From Nitrosopumilaceae archaeon (GTDB taxonomy: Archaea; Thermoproteota; Nitrososphaeria; Nitrososphaerales; Nitrosopumilaceae), in the NCBI GenBank assembly GCA_965214835.1, contig CBDCCK010000002.1, positions 2,848,001 through 2,912,000 of the forward strand: 64,000 nucleotides of DNA, written 5' to 3'. The number at the start of each line of letters is the position of its first letter. Position 1 is the first letter of the stretch. Made by a program: the position numbers and the translations under genes. Under the pieces are notes generated by a model, which was not told the origin of the DNA, made no database searches, and saw only the letters and a list, made by a program, of their open reading frames with translations. Of this stretch, positions 42,258-52,135 are shown in pieces.

Positions 42258-43905
42258 GTACGAGTTTACCCCTCAGGCGACGCTGCCAGTCAGGGTCTTG
42301 ACGAGCATTTCCCTCACGCCGCACCCCCGGGCGCGCCAATTCATCGCGCACGTCATCAATACGGTGAACATCTCCATGCCTTCCATGGTACGGAGTCCTT
42401 GGAATACCTTGCGCGCAATTACGGACGGCCTCAGCATGCGCTCGGCCAGGTTGTTGGTGGGCTCCATACCCGGATGCAGTATGAACGTGTAGAGAAATTC
42501 AGAGGCGTTCCCAAGCTTTGTGGCAAAGCTCTCGCATCCGGCCTCCCTGCCGAATGCCTCGGCCAGCCCGCGCGTTTCTGCCATCAGCATGTCGTGCCGG
42601 GCGGCGCCCTCCTCCTCCGGCGTCCCCAGCCCCTTGGCATGGATGAACTTTTTCTTGAGTGTACCATACAGCGCGTGGGCCTTCCGGGAGGTCTTGCCGG
42701 CCTCCCTGGCCTCCCGGAGTATGCGGATCCGGCACCACTGCCTGGTCTTGAATGCGGCGTATACGCCGTACCCGTCGACTGTGACCGGTTTGTCATAATA
42801 CGGAAAGTTCATGTCAACTACGGCCCTGCCCCTACTGGGTGCGGCCAGCGTGTGGACGCCGGCGACGGTGCCGTCCCTGTTCCTGCCCACGACCACCCAT
42901 ATGCGGGCCGTCCTGCCGTTGTATGGCATGGCAGTCTCGTCAATATGCAGATAATCAGAGTCCCTGATGGCCTGCCTGATGCTCTCTACGCCGGGCTTTA
43001 TCGCATTGGCGCCGGCCCTCAGGCACTGCAGCACGCCTGCCTCTGAGACGTCCATGCCCAGGATTTCTGAGCACAGTGTGGTCGTGGCCTGTATGGAGGC
43101 AGGTGCCACGCGTATTGCGGCCATCATCCCCGTGATGTTTGGTCCAAACTCGGTTCCCGGCACGTTCCATGACCTGTCGTCCTCTATGCACATGTTGCCG
43201 CAGTCGGCGCATTTGCGCCTGTATGCGGTGTGCTGTGTCGTGACCGGCTCGGGCCTCTTGGGGGTATCGGTCACAAGCTTGGAGAAGATCTTTTTCGGCT
43301 TCTTCATGTTGGTGCTGCCGCACTTGCCGCACTTTTTGGGGCAGTGCTTTACAAACAAGGTCGGTTTTCTGGCGTGTGAGACCCCCTCGTGTCCCTGTCT
43401 GCGGCCCGGCTTTGCCTTTGCAGGTGCCGGTACATTACCTGATGCCTTTGCCGCGGCGGCCTTTTTCTGCCTGGTAGGAAGAGTTCTGCGATGAGGGGGT
43501 GTGAGGGTTTTCGTAATATCTGATGTGCTGTCTGAGCTGCTGGTTTTCTGCTTCCAGTGCCGCGGTTTGCGCGTCAGGTGCCGTCCCTCCCCGGGGTTCG
43601 CCCTCTGGCCACCCTGGGGCGGGCCCCTTTTGCTTGAACCAGTTGATCTGTGCTGTCTGCATCAGGATTGTCACCGAGGCCTCGGCCAGCTGTTCGGCAA
43701 GCCCGACTATTGCCCGATCCCTGTCTGCGATGATTCCATCCTTCTTGTCTGATTCGGCTATGACGCGGGCCAGCTCGTCGCGCAGTATCTTGATCTCTGA
43801 ATCAGGCAATGAATACAGGTGTGGTCTTGACGTATATGGATCCAGATGGTGATCAAAAGTTGGCCTCGTACTCAACCTAAACTATAGGGAGGGGTAAACT
43901 CATAC
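42258..43905 (-). mobile_element. IS66-like element (family 2), frameshifted
   Basis: ORFs 43435-43875 and 42273-43358; TIRs as at 15124-16643. Confidence 0.92.
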
Positions 43906-44284
43906 CCGCCGAGCGAGCGATTCGTATTTATAGAAAGGCCAGGCTGTACAAGCTGACATCGAATTCAAACCGATTCGGGGAACAAAATGACTGGCAGTCA
44001 GTGCGTGGCTGCCAGCCCCATATTTTAAGCAAAGACTCACACAGTATTCGAGTCCTATCATAGATGGTGGATTGGTGAGAAATCTACTTGTCACTGGAGC
44101 CACCCCTGTTTTCCACACCTGCACGGGTCCCCGGGTTCCTTGCACGCAGCTGCATGCCGGCACCATTTGATGAGCGCATTGATTTTGCAAACATGATACT
44201 CACTGGAGCAGGTGCCTCGTCTGATGACCTAGCAACCATGCATGGTAGCCGATCACAAAAAGGACAGAAAACCTCCACCCGGGG

Positions 44285-45360
44285 ATCTAGATTATACCCA
44301 ATGATGCAGGCAAGCATAAGACCAGATGATTCAATGATTCCAGTCAGAAGCTTCCCAACGTCCCGGCCCCGTCCCTCCTTGAGAGGTACAAAAATGAGAC
44401 CGACTCCAAGGCCGCAGCCAGGCTGATGGCCTACATACGGCGCAAAAAAGGCGACTCGATACGCCAGATAGCCAAGCAGCTCGGCCGGGGGTACTCTACG
44501 ATACGCGACTGGCTGATACGGGCCATGCAGCTTGGCATACAGGGCAGGTACGACATCAAGAGGCCCGGCACCAAGATGTGGCCGGATGCAGGGAATCTCA
44601 AGCAGGTACGCGCCGACCTGATTGCGGGCCCGCGCAGCTGCGGATTAGAGTCGGAGGTGTGGACCGCACCGCTGCTTGCGGTACACATCAAAAAGAAATA
44701 CAAGGCAGACTATGCCGTCTCCAGCGTATACAAGATACTGCACATGCCTGGGCTTTTCATGCAGAAAGCCCCCCGCCCAAAGCACCCAAAACCAGCCTCA
44801 GAATCCGAGAAAGAGGAGTTCAAAAAAAGCTAGGCGGCATGTAAGATATTACTCGAAGAGAGGGTACACGGTAATGATAGGGGACGAGGCCTCGTTCATC
44901 CTTGGGTGGAACGTCAAGAACAGCTGGTACCCCGTGGGAAGGCCCGGTCTTTGCGCCGTCCAACCTGTCAAAGGAGAGGTTCTATTCGATCGGGGCCCTG
45001 TCGGCAAACGGACTTGGCTGCCGCTTTTACAAAAAGGCCAAGTACACGTTCATCAGGTTTCTCAAGGTGCTGCGCCGCAAGTACGGCAAGGTGCTGCTGT
45101 TTGTCGACAACGCATCGTATCACAGGGCAGCACTGGTCAGGGAGCAGCTGGCAGAATGGAATGGTGATGTAGTGCCAAAGTTCCTGCCGCCGTACACGCC
45201 GGAGCTGAGCTCGATAGAGGGGCAGTGGCGCGGGGTCAAAAAGGCAACTGCAAGCCGCCTGTATCAGACCGTCGGCGAGATGCAAAAGTCCATACGCGTT
45301 ATGTTGCGCAGGGGCGAGATCAAGATCTGCCAGATGGGCGATTATCTTAGCTAGATACTA
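44285..45360 (+). mobile_element. IS630-family element (homolog of 9354-10592), decayed left end
   Basis: ORFs 44426-44833 and 44902-45354; right end tagatacta. Confidence 0.88.
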
Positions 45361-45370
45361 AGCAATGACT

Positions 45371-46027
45371 CTAGACTTCAATTTTTTTCCGGGTCCATTT
45401 TCTTCTGTAGTGTACAAACGTGGCAGTCAGAACTGCTGCAGCGATAGTTACAGCTATCATTGTGTTGAAGACGGCATCCATGTTTGCGCCATCCTTCTGC
45501 ATTGGTAGAGTTTGCGGCTGTACTGTAACTGCTGTGTGTTCCTGTTTTATTTCCCTCTGTATATGCTCTGGGTGTTCCTGTATCGGTAGAGTTGGGACGG
45601 GTTCTGGGTGTAGTAAAACATTATCTACGTTGTCGAGTGCTGCCAGCCTGACCAAATCAGAAGGCGAAACTAAAATCACCGTATCGTAGCCCCCATAAGA
45701 CAGATAACATGATTTTGCCACCACACCTAATTCCTTTGGTATTGTACAGTCATCAGATTCAAACTTCACCAAAACATACAATCTTTCGCCATGAATGCTT
45801 TTTTCTGAGACATGCCTGCTCCCCATCACGCCGGTTTCCTCGTGATCCAGATAAAGCTGATACAGGCCATATGCAAGTCCGTTTCTTACGGCATCAGGTA
45901 TGTCCTCTCGCATCTCGTCTGGTTCGGTCTCCGTGGAGTTGGTCTGGACAAAGACAGGCGACATGATTAAAGGTATGAGCGCTAATAACAGCAACAGAAC
46001 AGTCCTGTTTTTGCCCAACGTTGCCAT
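45371..46027 (-). CDS. surface protein with signal peptide and C-terminal TM anchor
   Basis: MATLGKNRTVLLLLLAL signal; C-terminal TM + RRKW; central segment resembles a subtilase propeptide. Confidence 0.7.
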   Translation of the reverse strand: MATLGKNRTVLLLLLALIPLIMSPVFVQTNSTETEPDEMREDIPDAVRNGLAYGLYQLYLDHEETGVMGSRHVSEKSIHGERLYVLVKFESDDCTIPKELGVVAKSCYLSYGGYDTVILVSPSDLVRLAALDNVDNVLLHPEPVPTLPIQEHPEHIQREIKQEHTAVTVQPQTLPMQKDGANMDAVFNTMIAVTIAAAVLTATFVHYRRKWTRKKIEV

Positions 46028-46099
46028 TGTTGATACTGCATGGCTCTGCCTAATAAGATAGACATCGCAGGTTCTGTGTAATCTTCGAGACCTGAAATA

Positions 46100-46560
46100 T
46101 AGATCTTCTCTGAAATTATCATACCTGAATTCTTCTTCTTTCAATGATGTCTGTTCCCCGTATGTCGAAAAGTCCCCCAAGTGAGAACTTGAACTGTAGC
46201 ATCCGGGCAGTTGGTTTTCCACCGTCATCGCCTTTTCTTTGGATCGTCAGTTCGTCGAGTTTGAGGTCTCCCCCATCCGTGATTGAGGCCTCACCCATAC
46301 AATATTCTATGACTTTGTCAACTGGCAGGACTGCCGACCTGACGGGTGGGTTCTGTGTAATCTTCGTGATATGGATCTTCTCTGAATTGAACCCAATCTG
46401 TTCTCTTATGGGCTATGTGACGTTGCCGGGACGTGAGAGGATGCAACCATTCTGTATGCCTTTGCAACCTACAATGCTTCCCAAAACAGTCAGAATATCC
46501 TTCAAATCGCGTGACTGAACCGATATCGGAGATTTCCCGCATTCGAAACTTTCCAGAAGA
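46100..46560 (-). pseudogene. HinP1I-like restriction endonuclease remnant
   Basis: LTIQRKGDDGGKPTARMLQFKF at ~46183-46262; stops and frameshifts. Confidence 0.65.
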
Positions 46561-46665
46561 AATCAGTTCCTGTTAACTTACTAGTTCCGATCTACCGACA
46601 CTTTCCAGTGAGAATCATCTACCGTAAACTTTCCAGTTCCTTGTAATGGTACAATATTATATGGT

Positions 46666-46748
46666 AGACGAGTAAGTCCACGGGAAACCGTGTTCCACAA
46701 AGGAATGGGAGGGGTTCATGCCCAATCGGGAATACCGTGGGGTCGTCT
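46666..46748 (-). ncRNA. putative structured RNA downstream of the DUF3800-like gene
   Basis: nested stems AGACGA/TCGTCT and CCACGG/CCGTGG enclosing two small hairpins. Confidence 0.45.
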
Positions 46749-46754
46749 TTCTTA

Positions 46755-47155
46755 CTATCTCCAAAGTATTCTTTCACCACTGCCGATCTTTTTTGAATGA
46801 AGAATGTTCGAATACGCCCACTCATTATTTTCAAATTTATGATAATACGAACCAGATACCATATCTGCGGCCCATATTCCTGCTTCTAAAACTGAAGAAG
46901 TATCAATTGACGGAGACAATCTACCTCGATATTTCCTCCGTCCCCCATATTGAAAATAATTAATACTTACAGCATGGGTATTGAATTTTGTAGCTTTTGA
47001 TACAGATAACCTTTCTTGTATGTGGTCACGTCCCCTTACTAGCTAGACACGAAGATCACAATCATTCATACTAATTCGTGCCTAACTGATGGGGGTAGGT
47101 GACCTCGTACCCTTTCTTTGTCATAATAGACTGTGGGAGGATTTGGTGGAGACAT
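46755..47155 (-). pseudogene. DUF3800-like protein C-terminal half, interrupted by MITE D
   Basis: removing 47018-47110 plus one TSD restores an ORF with TVYYDKER...SSVLEAGIWAADMVSG. Confidence 0.65.
47018..47110. mobile_element. MITE family D
   Basis: 8-bp TSD cctttctt. Confidence 0.92.
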
Positions 47156-47159
47156 TTTA

Positions 47160-47235
47160 GACCTTATGCGTAATTGCCAAAAATGACGCAAAAGCTGCCC
47201 GGTTTTTTTGATTTTAACCGATTCCGCATAAGGCA
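47160..47235. mobile_element. MITE family C
   Basis: near-identical to 410-486; TA flanks. Confidence 0.85.
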
Positions 47236-47264
47236 TATTTAACATAAAAGTACCGTTTTTATTT

Positions 47265-47282
47265 AGTTAATAATTATTAACT
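47265..47282. promoter_or_regulatory. perfect 18-bp palindrome (putative operator)
   Basis: agttaataattattaact, 20-37 nt upstream of ATG 47302. Confidence 0.55.
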
Positions 47283-47301
47283 GATAGGAAATATTGGTTT
47301 T

Positions 47302-48300
47302 ATGAGTACAGAGACGGTATTGGTTGAAAGAATGGGAAAATACTTTGAAAGAAAAGGATGGATTGTAAGAAGGGACGTAAAGATCAGGGGGAGGATTGCT
47401 GACATTGTTGCAGTAAAAGGCAACAAGATTACAACAGTAGAGGTAAAGGGTTCGAGGGGGGATATTGAAAGAGGGATAATGCAGTCACTGCACCAAAAGG
47501 GTGCTGTGAATTTTTCCTATCTAGCTATACACAAAGATATGTTTGCAAAATCGGTAAAAGAGACATGTCAGAATCTCGGCATTGGTCTTATTTTGGTAAA
47601 TGAAGACATAGAAGAGATAGTCAAGCCAGAACACACATCATCACTGGAGTCTGTCAAAAAAAAGATATTCAAAGAAAAACCAGTGATTAAAAAGAAAGCT
47701 ATTGAAACTAAAAGCTTACTTGGTTCCATATTTCATGCAAAAAGCCAGATCCTAATTCTCAAACTGTTCTTTCTGAATCCTACAAAAGAGTTTCATCTAA
47801 GCGATATCGCACGCAGGACAGACCTTACATCACCTGCAGTATCAAAAGAGATGACAAATCTGACAAGAGTAAATCTTGTCACGAGAAGGGATCAAGGCAA
47901 TTTGTCATTTTACAGAATAAACACAAAAAGCATAATCTTTGATGAGATGAAAAGAATATTCCTAAAGTATGAAATCTTTAGCGAGCTTCTTTCAAAGGAA
48001 CTTGCAAGAGAGGCGACAAAGTATGCATTAATCTATGGTTCATTTGCAAAAGGAACGGAAAAAGAAGGAAGCGATATCGACTTGCTTGTTATCGGAGATG
48101 CAAAAGAAGAATATCTTCTCAAGACTATTCCCAAAATAGAACGAAACACAGGTCGTGAGATTAACTTTATACTCTGGACTGAAAAGGAATTTTTTGAGAA
48201 AATAAAAAAGAACATACCACTAATCAAAGAAATCTTCAAGACTCCCGTAATCATGATTGTTGGTGATGAGGATGAATTTAAGCGACTTGCTAAGGAATGA
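47302..48300 (+). CDS. PD-(D/E)xK nuclease-like + wHTH + minimal nucleotidyltransferase fusion
   Basis: ADIVAVK...VEVKGS; HLSDIARRTDLTSPAVSKEM; YGSFAKG...SDIDLLVIG. Confidence 0.85.
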   Translation: MSTETVLVERMGKYFERKGWIVRRDVKIRGRIADIVAVKGNKITTVEVKGSRGDIERGIMQSLHQKGAVNFSYLAIHKDMFAKSVKETCQNLGIGLILVNEDIEEIVKPEHTSSLESVKKKIFKEKPVIKKKAIETKSLLGSIFHAKSQILILKLFFLNPTKEFHLSDIARRTDLTSPAVSKEMTNLTRVNLVTRRDQGNLSFYRINTKSIIFDEMKRIFLKYEIFSELLSKELAREATKYALIYGSFAKGTEKEGSDIDLLVIGDAKEEYLLKTIPKIERNTGREINFILWTEKEFFEKIKKNIPLIKEIFKTPVIMIVGDEDEFKRLAKE

Positions 48301-48706
48301 TCTAGTAGAGGAATTTCAATCTGATAAAGAACAGATTAAAAACGAGATAAAGAATGCAGAAAAACAAATAAAATCATCTGGCAAGATGTTTGGAATTGAT
48401 GAGTGGGGATACGCACATACTGCCTCGTATACTGCCATGCTTCATGCAGGAAGGGCATTAATGTTTTCAAAAGGATACAGGCCCAAAAGCCATGATCATC
48501 ATGTTGCAGTAATATCGTTTTCGTGGGCCGTTTTTTGGAGGAAGTTTGATAATCACGTACTTGAAGCCTTTGACAAAGGACGAAGGAGAAGACACGAGTT
48601 TCAATACGATGATGCAGATGCAATATCAGAGACTCAGGCAAGAAATTTGGTTGAAACTGCCAAAATCTATGTAAGCAAAGCCAAAGAAATTTTGAGCATG
48701 GTCTAA
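48272..48706 (+). CDS. HEPN domain protein (toxin)
   Basis: YTAMLHAGRAL, KSHDHH, RRRHEFQY (Rx4Y-type); overlaps the MNT gene. Confidence 0.88.
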   Translation: MNLSDLLRNDLVEEFQSDKEQIKNEIKNAEKQIKSSGKMFGIDEWGYAHTASYTAMLHAGRALMFSKGYRPKSHDHHVAVISFSWAVFWRKFDNHVLEAFDKGRRRRHEFQYDDADAISETQARNLVETAKIYVSKAKEILSMV

Positions 48707-48903
48707 CCCATTGCAGAGACTGTTTTGTCCACTTCCTACTGTTCCTACAGGGTAATCGTATGTGGTCACGTCCCTTGCTAGCTAGGCGTGAAGATCACAA
48801 TCATTCATGCTAATTCGTGCCTGACTGGCGGGGGTAGGTGACCTCGTACGGGTAATCAGTTTTGTCTTATAGTCTAACCCATTGCAGAAACTGTTTTGTC
48901 CAC
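48701..48903. repeat. 32-bp direct repeat pair
   Basis: gtctaacccattgcaga(g/a)actgttttgtccac at 48701 and 48872. Confidence 0.85.
48758..48849. mobile_element. MITE family D
   Basis: 8-bp TSD gggtaatc. Confidence 0.9.
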
Positions 48904-48981
48904 GCTGAATTGAGCCATCTGAAGTGGTTCAGCCTTCACAGAAGTTCCCCATAAGACGGCGCCAGGCTCAATAATTCAGAC

Positions 48982-50077
48982 TATACTGATGATCATTGAA
49001 AATTTCGCCTGATTACACATCTTGTAAAGGTTTATAGCTCCCCACCATGTCACTCCCGGCATGAACAAGACGAAAATCCTCACGGATGCCATGCATGTCG
49101 AAAAGGATCTCAAGATTCACACCAGAATCATGGCGGTGCGCTCCGTACTGCTTGGCAACACCACCGCACAGACTGCAGAGATTGCCGACGTGACACAGCG
49201 TACCGTACAGATGTGGATCAAGAGATTCGAGCTTGACGGCATCGACGGCCTCCGTGACTCCTAACAGGGACAAAAAACCAAAGGTTCCGGTCGGCAGGAT
49301 AAAAAAGATCGCCACAAAGTTGCGTAGGATGGAAAAGCTCACCCCGAAGAAGCTGTGCAACCGGGTGCGCCGCAGGCTGCATGTCACATACAGCGTGGGA
49401 AGCATCAGAAGAATCCTACGCACGATGGGATTCTCGCCAAAGACGTCAACCACCAGGCTTGCAGATGCTGCCGACGCAAAGGCGGTAAGACGGTGGCAGG
49501 GGGCGGCAAGAACCGCGATCAAGCTTGCAAAAAGGCGCGGATTTAGGATAGCCGTACAGGACGAGTCGATATTCGTCAGTACGGGAAGGGACGGCAGAAA
49601 GTTCTGGTCGCCCGTGGGGGACAGGATCGAGGTGCAACGATCCGGCAGAAGGGAGCGCGTCGCGGTATACGGAACGATTGCAGACGACGGAACCCGGCTG
49701 ATGCGCACATACGACAAGTTCAACAGCGCAAACTTTGTGCATTATCTCAAGCAGGTGCACAAAAAGCGGGGAAAGGTTCTGATTGTGATGGACAACGCAG
49801 CACAGCACAAGACCGGAAAGGTCCGCAGGTACCTGAAGAAAAATCCAGACGTCGTCCTGCTGTACCTGCCGGTAGCCAGGCCGGAGCTGAGCGTCATAGA
49901 GGCAGTCTGGAAGGATGCCAAGTACGGGCCGGTCACGTCGGCATTTTACGAGACGGTAGATCACCTCAAAAGGGCCGTCTCGGAATACTTTAGGACGTGT
50001 TCCATCAAGGTTGACATCTATAGGTACCTTGAGCGCAGCTTGTAAGGGAGGCGAAATTTTCAATGGTCATCAGTATA
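48982..50077 (+). mobile_element. IS630-family element (second type), split ORF
   Basis: TIR tactgatgatcattgaaaatttcgcct; TA flanks; QDES, DNAAQH, PELSVIE. Confidence 0.92.
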
Positions 50078-50405
50078 GGCTGCATGCAGATCCGCATGTC
50101 ACCATCTAAACTACAAGTCTGATTACGTAACAGATCGGCCTCGAAGTTCAGGCGTGAGTTTTGCCGCCAAAGAGGCATTTGCAGATGTAATTCGTGCCTA
50201 AAATCGTAAATTATCTATGTGTCGTGTTTATAAGGATTCCACGCATAACCGGGGGTAAGAGTTTACCCCCTCCAGAAGATACGGCATGGTAGGCCATGGT
50301 GATCAAGTGCCTAGCCTACAGTGTCGCCTAGCGAGTCCGGGCATTACAGCAGGCAATAGGCATTCGCAGACAGAGATTTTTATCATGCAGGGCGCTGCCA
50401 AAGGC

Positions 50406-50660
50406 ATGATCGAGTCAGAGGACGCAGTCAGGGTCATCGAGGTGCTGACAAGGAACCTGGAAGGAATCGCAAAGAATCCGGCAAACTTTCAGAGACTACC
50501 GGACAGCTTTTGGGGGTATTACGCAAGGGGGCACGACGGCAAGGGAAGGTTTGGCGTGATTGTTACATACTCGGAGGACGAGACGGACGTCGATGATGTG
50601 ATGAGGATGTACGAGGCATGGCTTGCGAAAAACAGGTCGCGCCCAGAAGACCCGCAATAA
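50406..50660 (+). CDS. hypothetical protein
   Basis: host-like ORF in operon with the next gene. Confidence 0.65.
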   Translation: MIESEDAVRVIEVLTRNLEGIAKNPANFQRLPDSFWGYYARGHDGKGRFGVIVTYSEDETDVDDVMRMYEAWLAKNRSRPEDPQ

Positions 50661-51049
50661 GGGATAAATTTCCCAGTGGTGCAGGGCTGCATGTGGACAG
50701 GTGCGGCTATTGCAGCTCGGCATTTGGGGACAGGAGGTGCTACTTTTGCCAGACGGTGTGCTGTACAGGCTGCATGACAGACGACAGATCACGCTGCAAG
50801 CGGTGCTATATCAAAAAGGCGAGGCTTGGATGGAGGCAGGTTCTGGGGAGAAACAAGGCCGTCCTGGCGTTCGTTGCAGGGCTGTGGCTGTACGCGGTGT
50901 TTCCAGGGCCGCTGATGCCGGGGCTGGATCCGACGTTTTATGCAGTCTCAGTCGCCGCGGCCGTGCTAATAATGATACCAGTGTGCCTGGCCATGTTTTT
51001 CTGGTCGCTGAACCCGCCGTCCTCGGATCTGAGGAGGGGCAAAGACTAG
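50618..51049 (+). CDS. zinc-finger membrane protein
   Basis: four CxxC pairs then two TM helices; start uncertain. Confidence 0.75.
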   Translation: MACEKQVAPRRPAIRDKFPSGAGLHVDRCGYCSSAFGDRRCYFCQTVCCTGCMTDDRSRCKRCYIKKARLGWRQVLGRNKAVLAFVAGLWLYAVFPGPLMPGLDPTFYAVSVAAAVLIMIPVCLAMFFWSLNPPSSDLRRGKD

Positions 51050-52056
51050 GCCAGCCTTGCAACCACGTCCCCGGTAAACTCGGCAGTCGACTTTGAGCCT
51101 CCGATATCCCGGGTCATGGAGCCGGCCCTGATGGCATCATGCACGGCATTAGTGATTTTCTCAGAGATCTCCACGCACCTAGAGTCGTTGTGCTTTTGCC
51201 CCAGCCACTCAAGCATCAGCCTGGCAGAAAGTATGAATGATACGGGATTCGCAACGTTTCGTCCTGCAATGTCAAACGCCGCGCCGTGTACGGGCTCAAA
51301 GATTGCAAAGTCATCGCCCACATTGGAGGAGGCCGCCATTCCCAGGCCGCCGGCAACCTCCGATGCCTCGTCAGAGAGGATGTCGCCAAAGAGGTTTGTA
51401 GTCACGATGACGTCAAACCGGTGCGGCCTCCGGACCAGATCCATGGCACACGCATCGACATACATCTGCTCAAGCTCCACATCCGGATAGTCCCTGCCTA
51501 CCTCCGCGCAGGACCGGGAAAACAGTCCGTCGGTGAGGCGCATGACGTTTGACTTGTGGACGCACGTCACCCTCCGGCCACGCCTCTCTGCCAGCTCAAA
51601 GGCATGCCTGGCAATGCGTCTTGAGGCATGCTCGGAGATTATACGCAGTGCCACGGCAGAGTCTCCCAGGGAGAACTCCTTGCCGGTGTAAAGATCCTCG
51701 GTATTCTCGCGCACTATTACCATATCAACGTCCCTGGCGGCGGCGGGCATAAAGTCATAAGACTTTACGGGCCTTATGTTGGCATAAAGATCCAGGGCCC
51801 GACGCAGCACCACGATCACGTCTGCGGCGCTCTCGCCCACGGGCGCCTTGAGGCAGGCATCAGAGCCCCTTATCGCGCCAAAGGTATCATCAGGAAGCGC
51901 CTGTCCGGTATCACGCAGCGCAGCGTCGCCTGCGGGAAGCCTGGCCACGTCAAGCCTCAATCCAAGCCTGTCGTTGACTGCCTCAAGCACGGAGGAGACA
52001 GAATCGGACAGCTCCGGGCCGATGCCGTCGCCGGTAATCATGGAGATTCTGTACAC
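51046..52056 (-). CDS. leuB: 3-isopropylmalate dehydrogenase family protein
   Basis: GDGIGPE, VRENTE, NLFGDILSD, EPVHG; in leu/ilv operon. Confidence 0.9.
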   Translation of the reverse strand: MYRISMITGDGIGPELSDSVSSVLEAVNDRLGLRLDVARLPAGDAALRDTGQALPDDTFGAIRGSDACLKAPVGESAADVIVVLRRALDLYANIRPVKSYDFMPAAARDVDMVIVRENTEDLYTGKEFSLGDSAVALRIISEHASRRIARHAFELAERRGRRVTCVHKSNVMRLTDGLFSRSCAEVGRDYPDVELEQMYVDACAMDLVRRPHRFDVIVTTNLFGDILSDEASEVAGGLGMAASSNVGDDFAIFEPVHGAAFDIAGRNVANPVSFILSARLMLEWLGQKHNDSRCVEISEKITNAVHDAIRAGSMTRDIGGSKSTAEFTGDVVARLA

Positions 52057-52135
52057 GGATCTCCTCAGGGGGAAGGGGATTTAACGATTTGTCACTTGGC
52101 CGGATCCTGCAGTGCCGTGCTCTGGTTCCAGCAAG

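Noticed and set aside
48701-48903. CRISPR array call
   Set aside because: Only two repeats, no leader or cas genes; kept as a repeat
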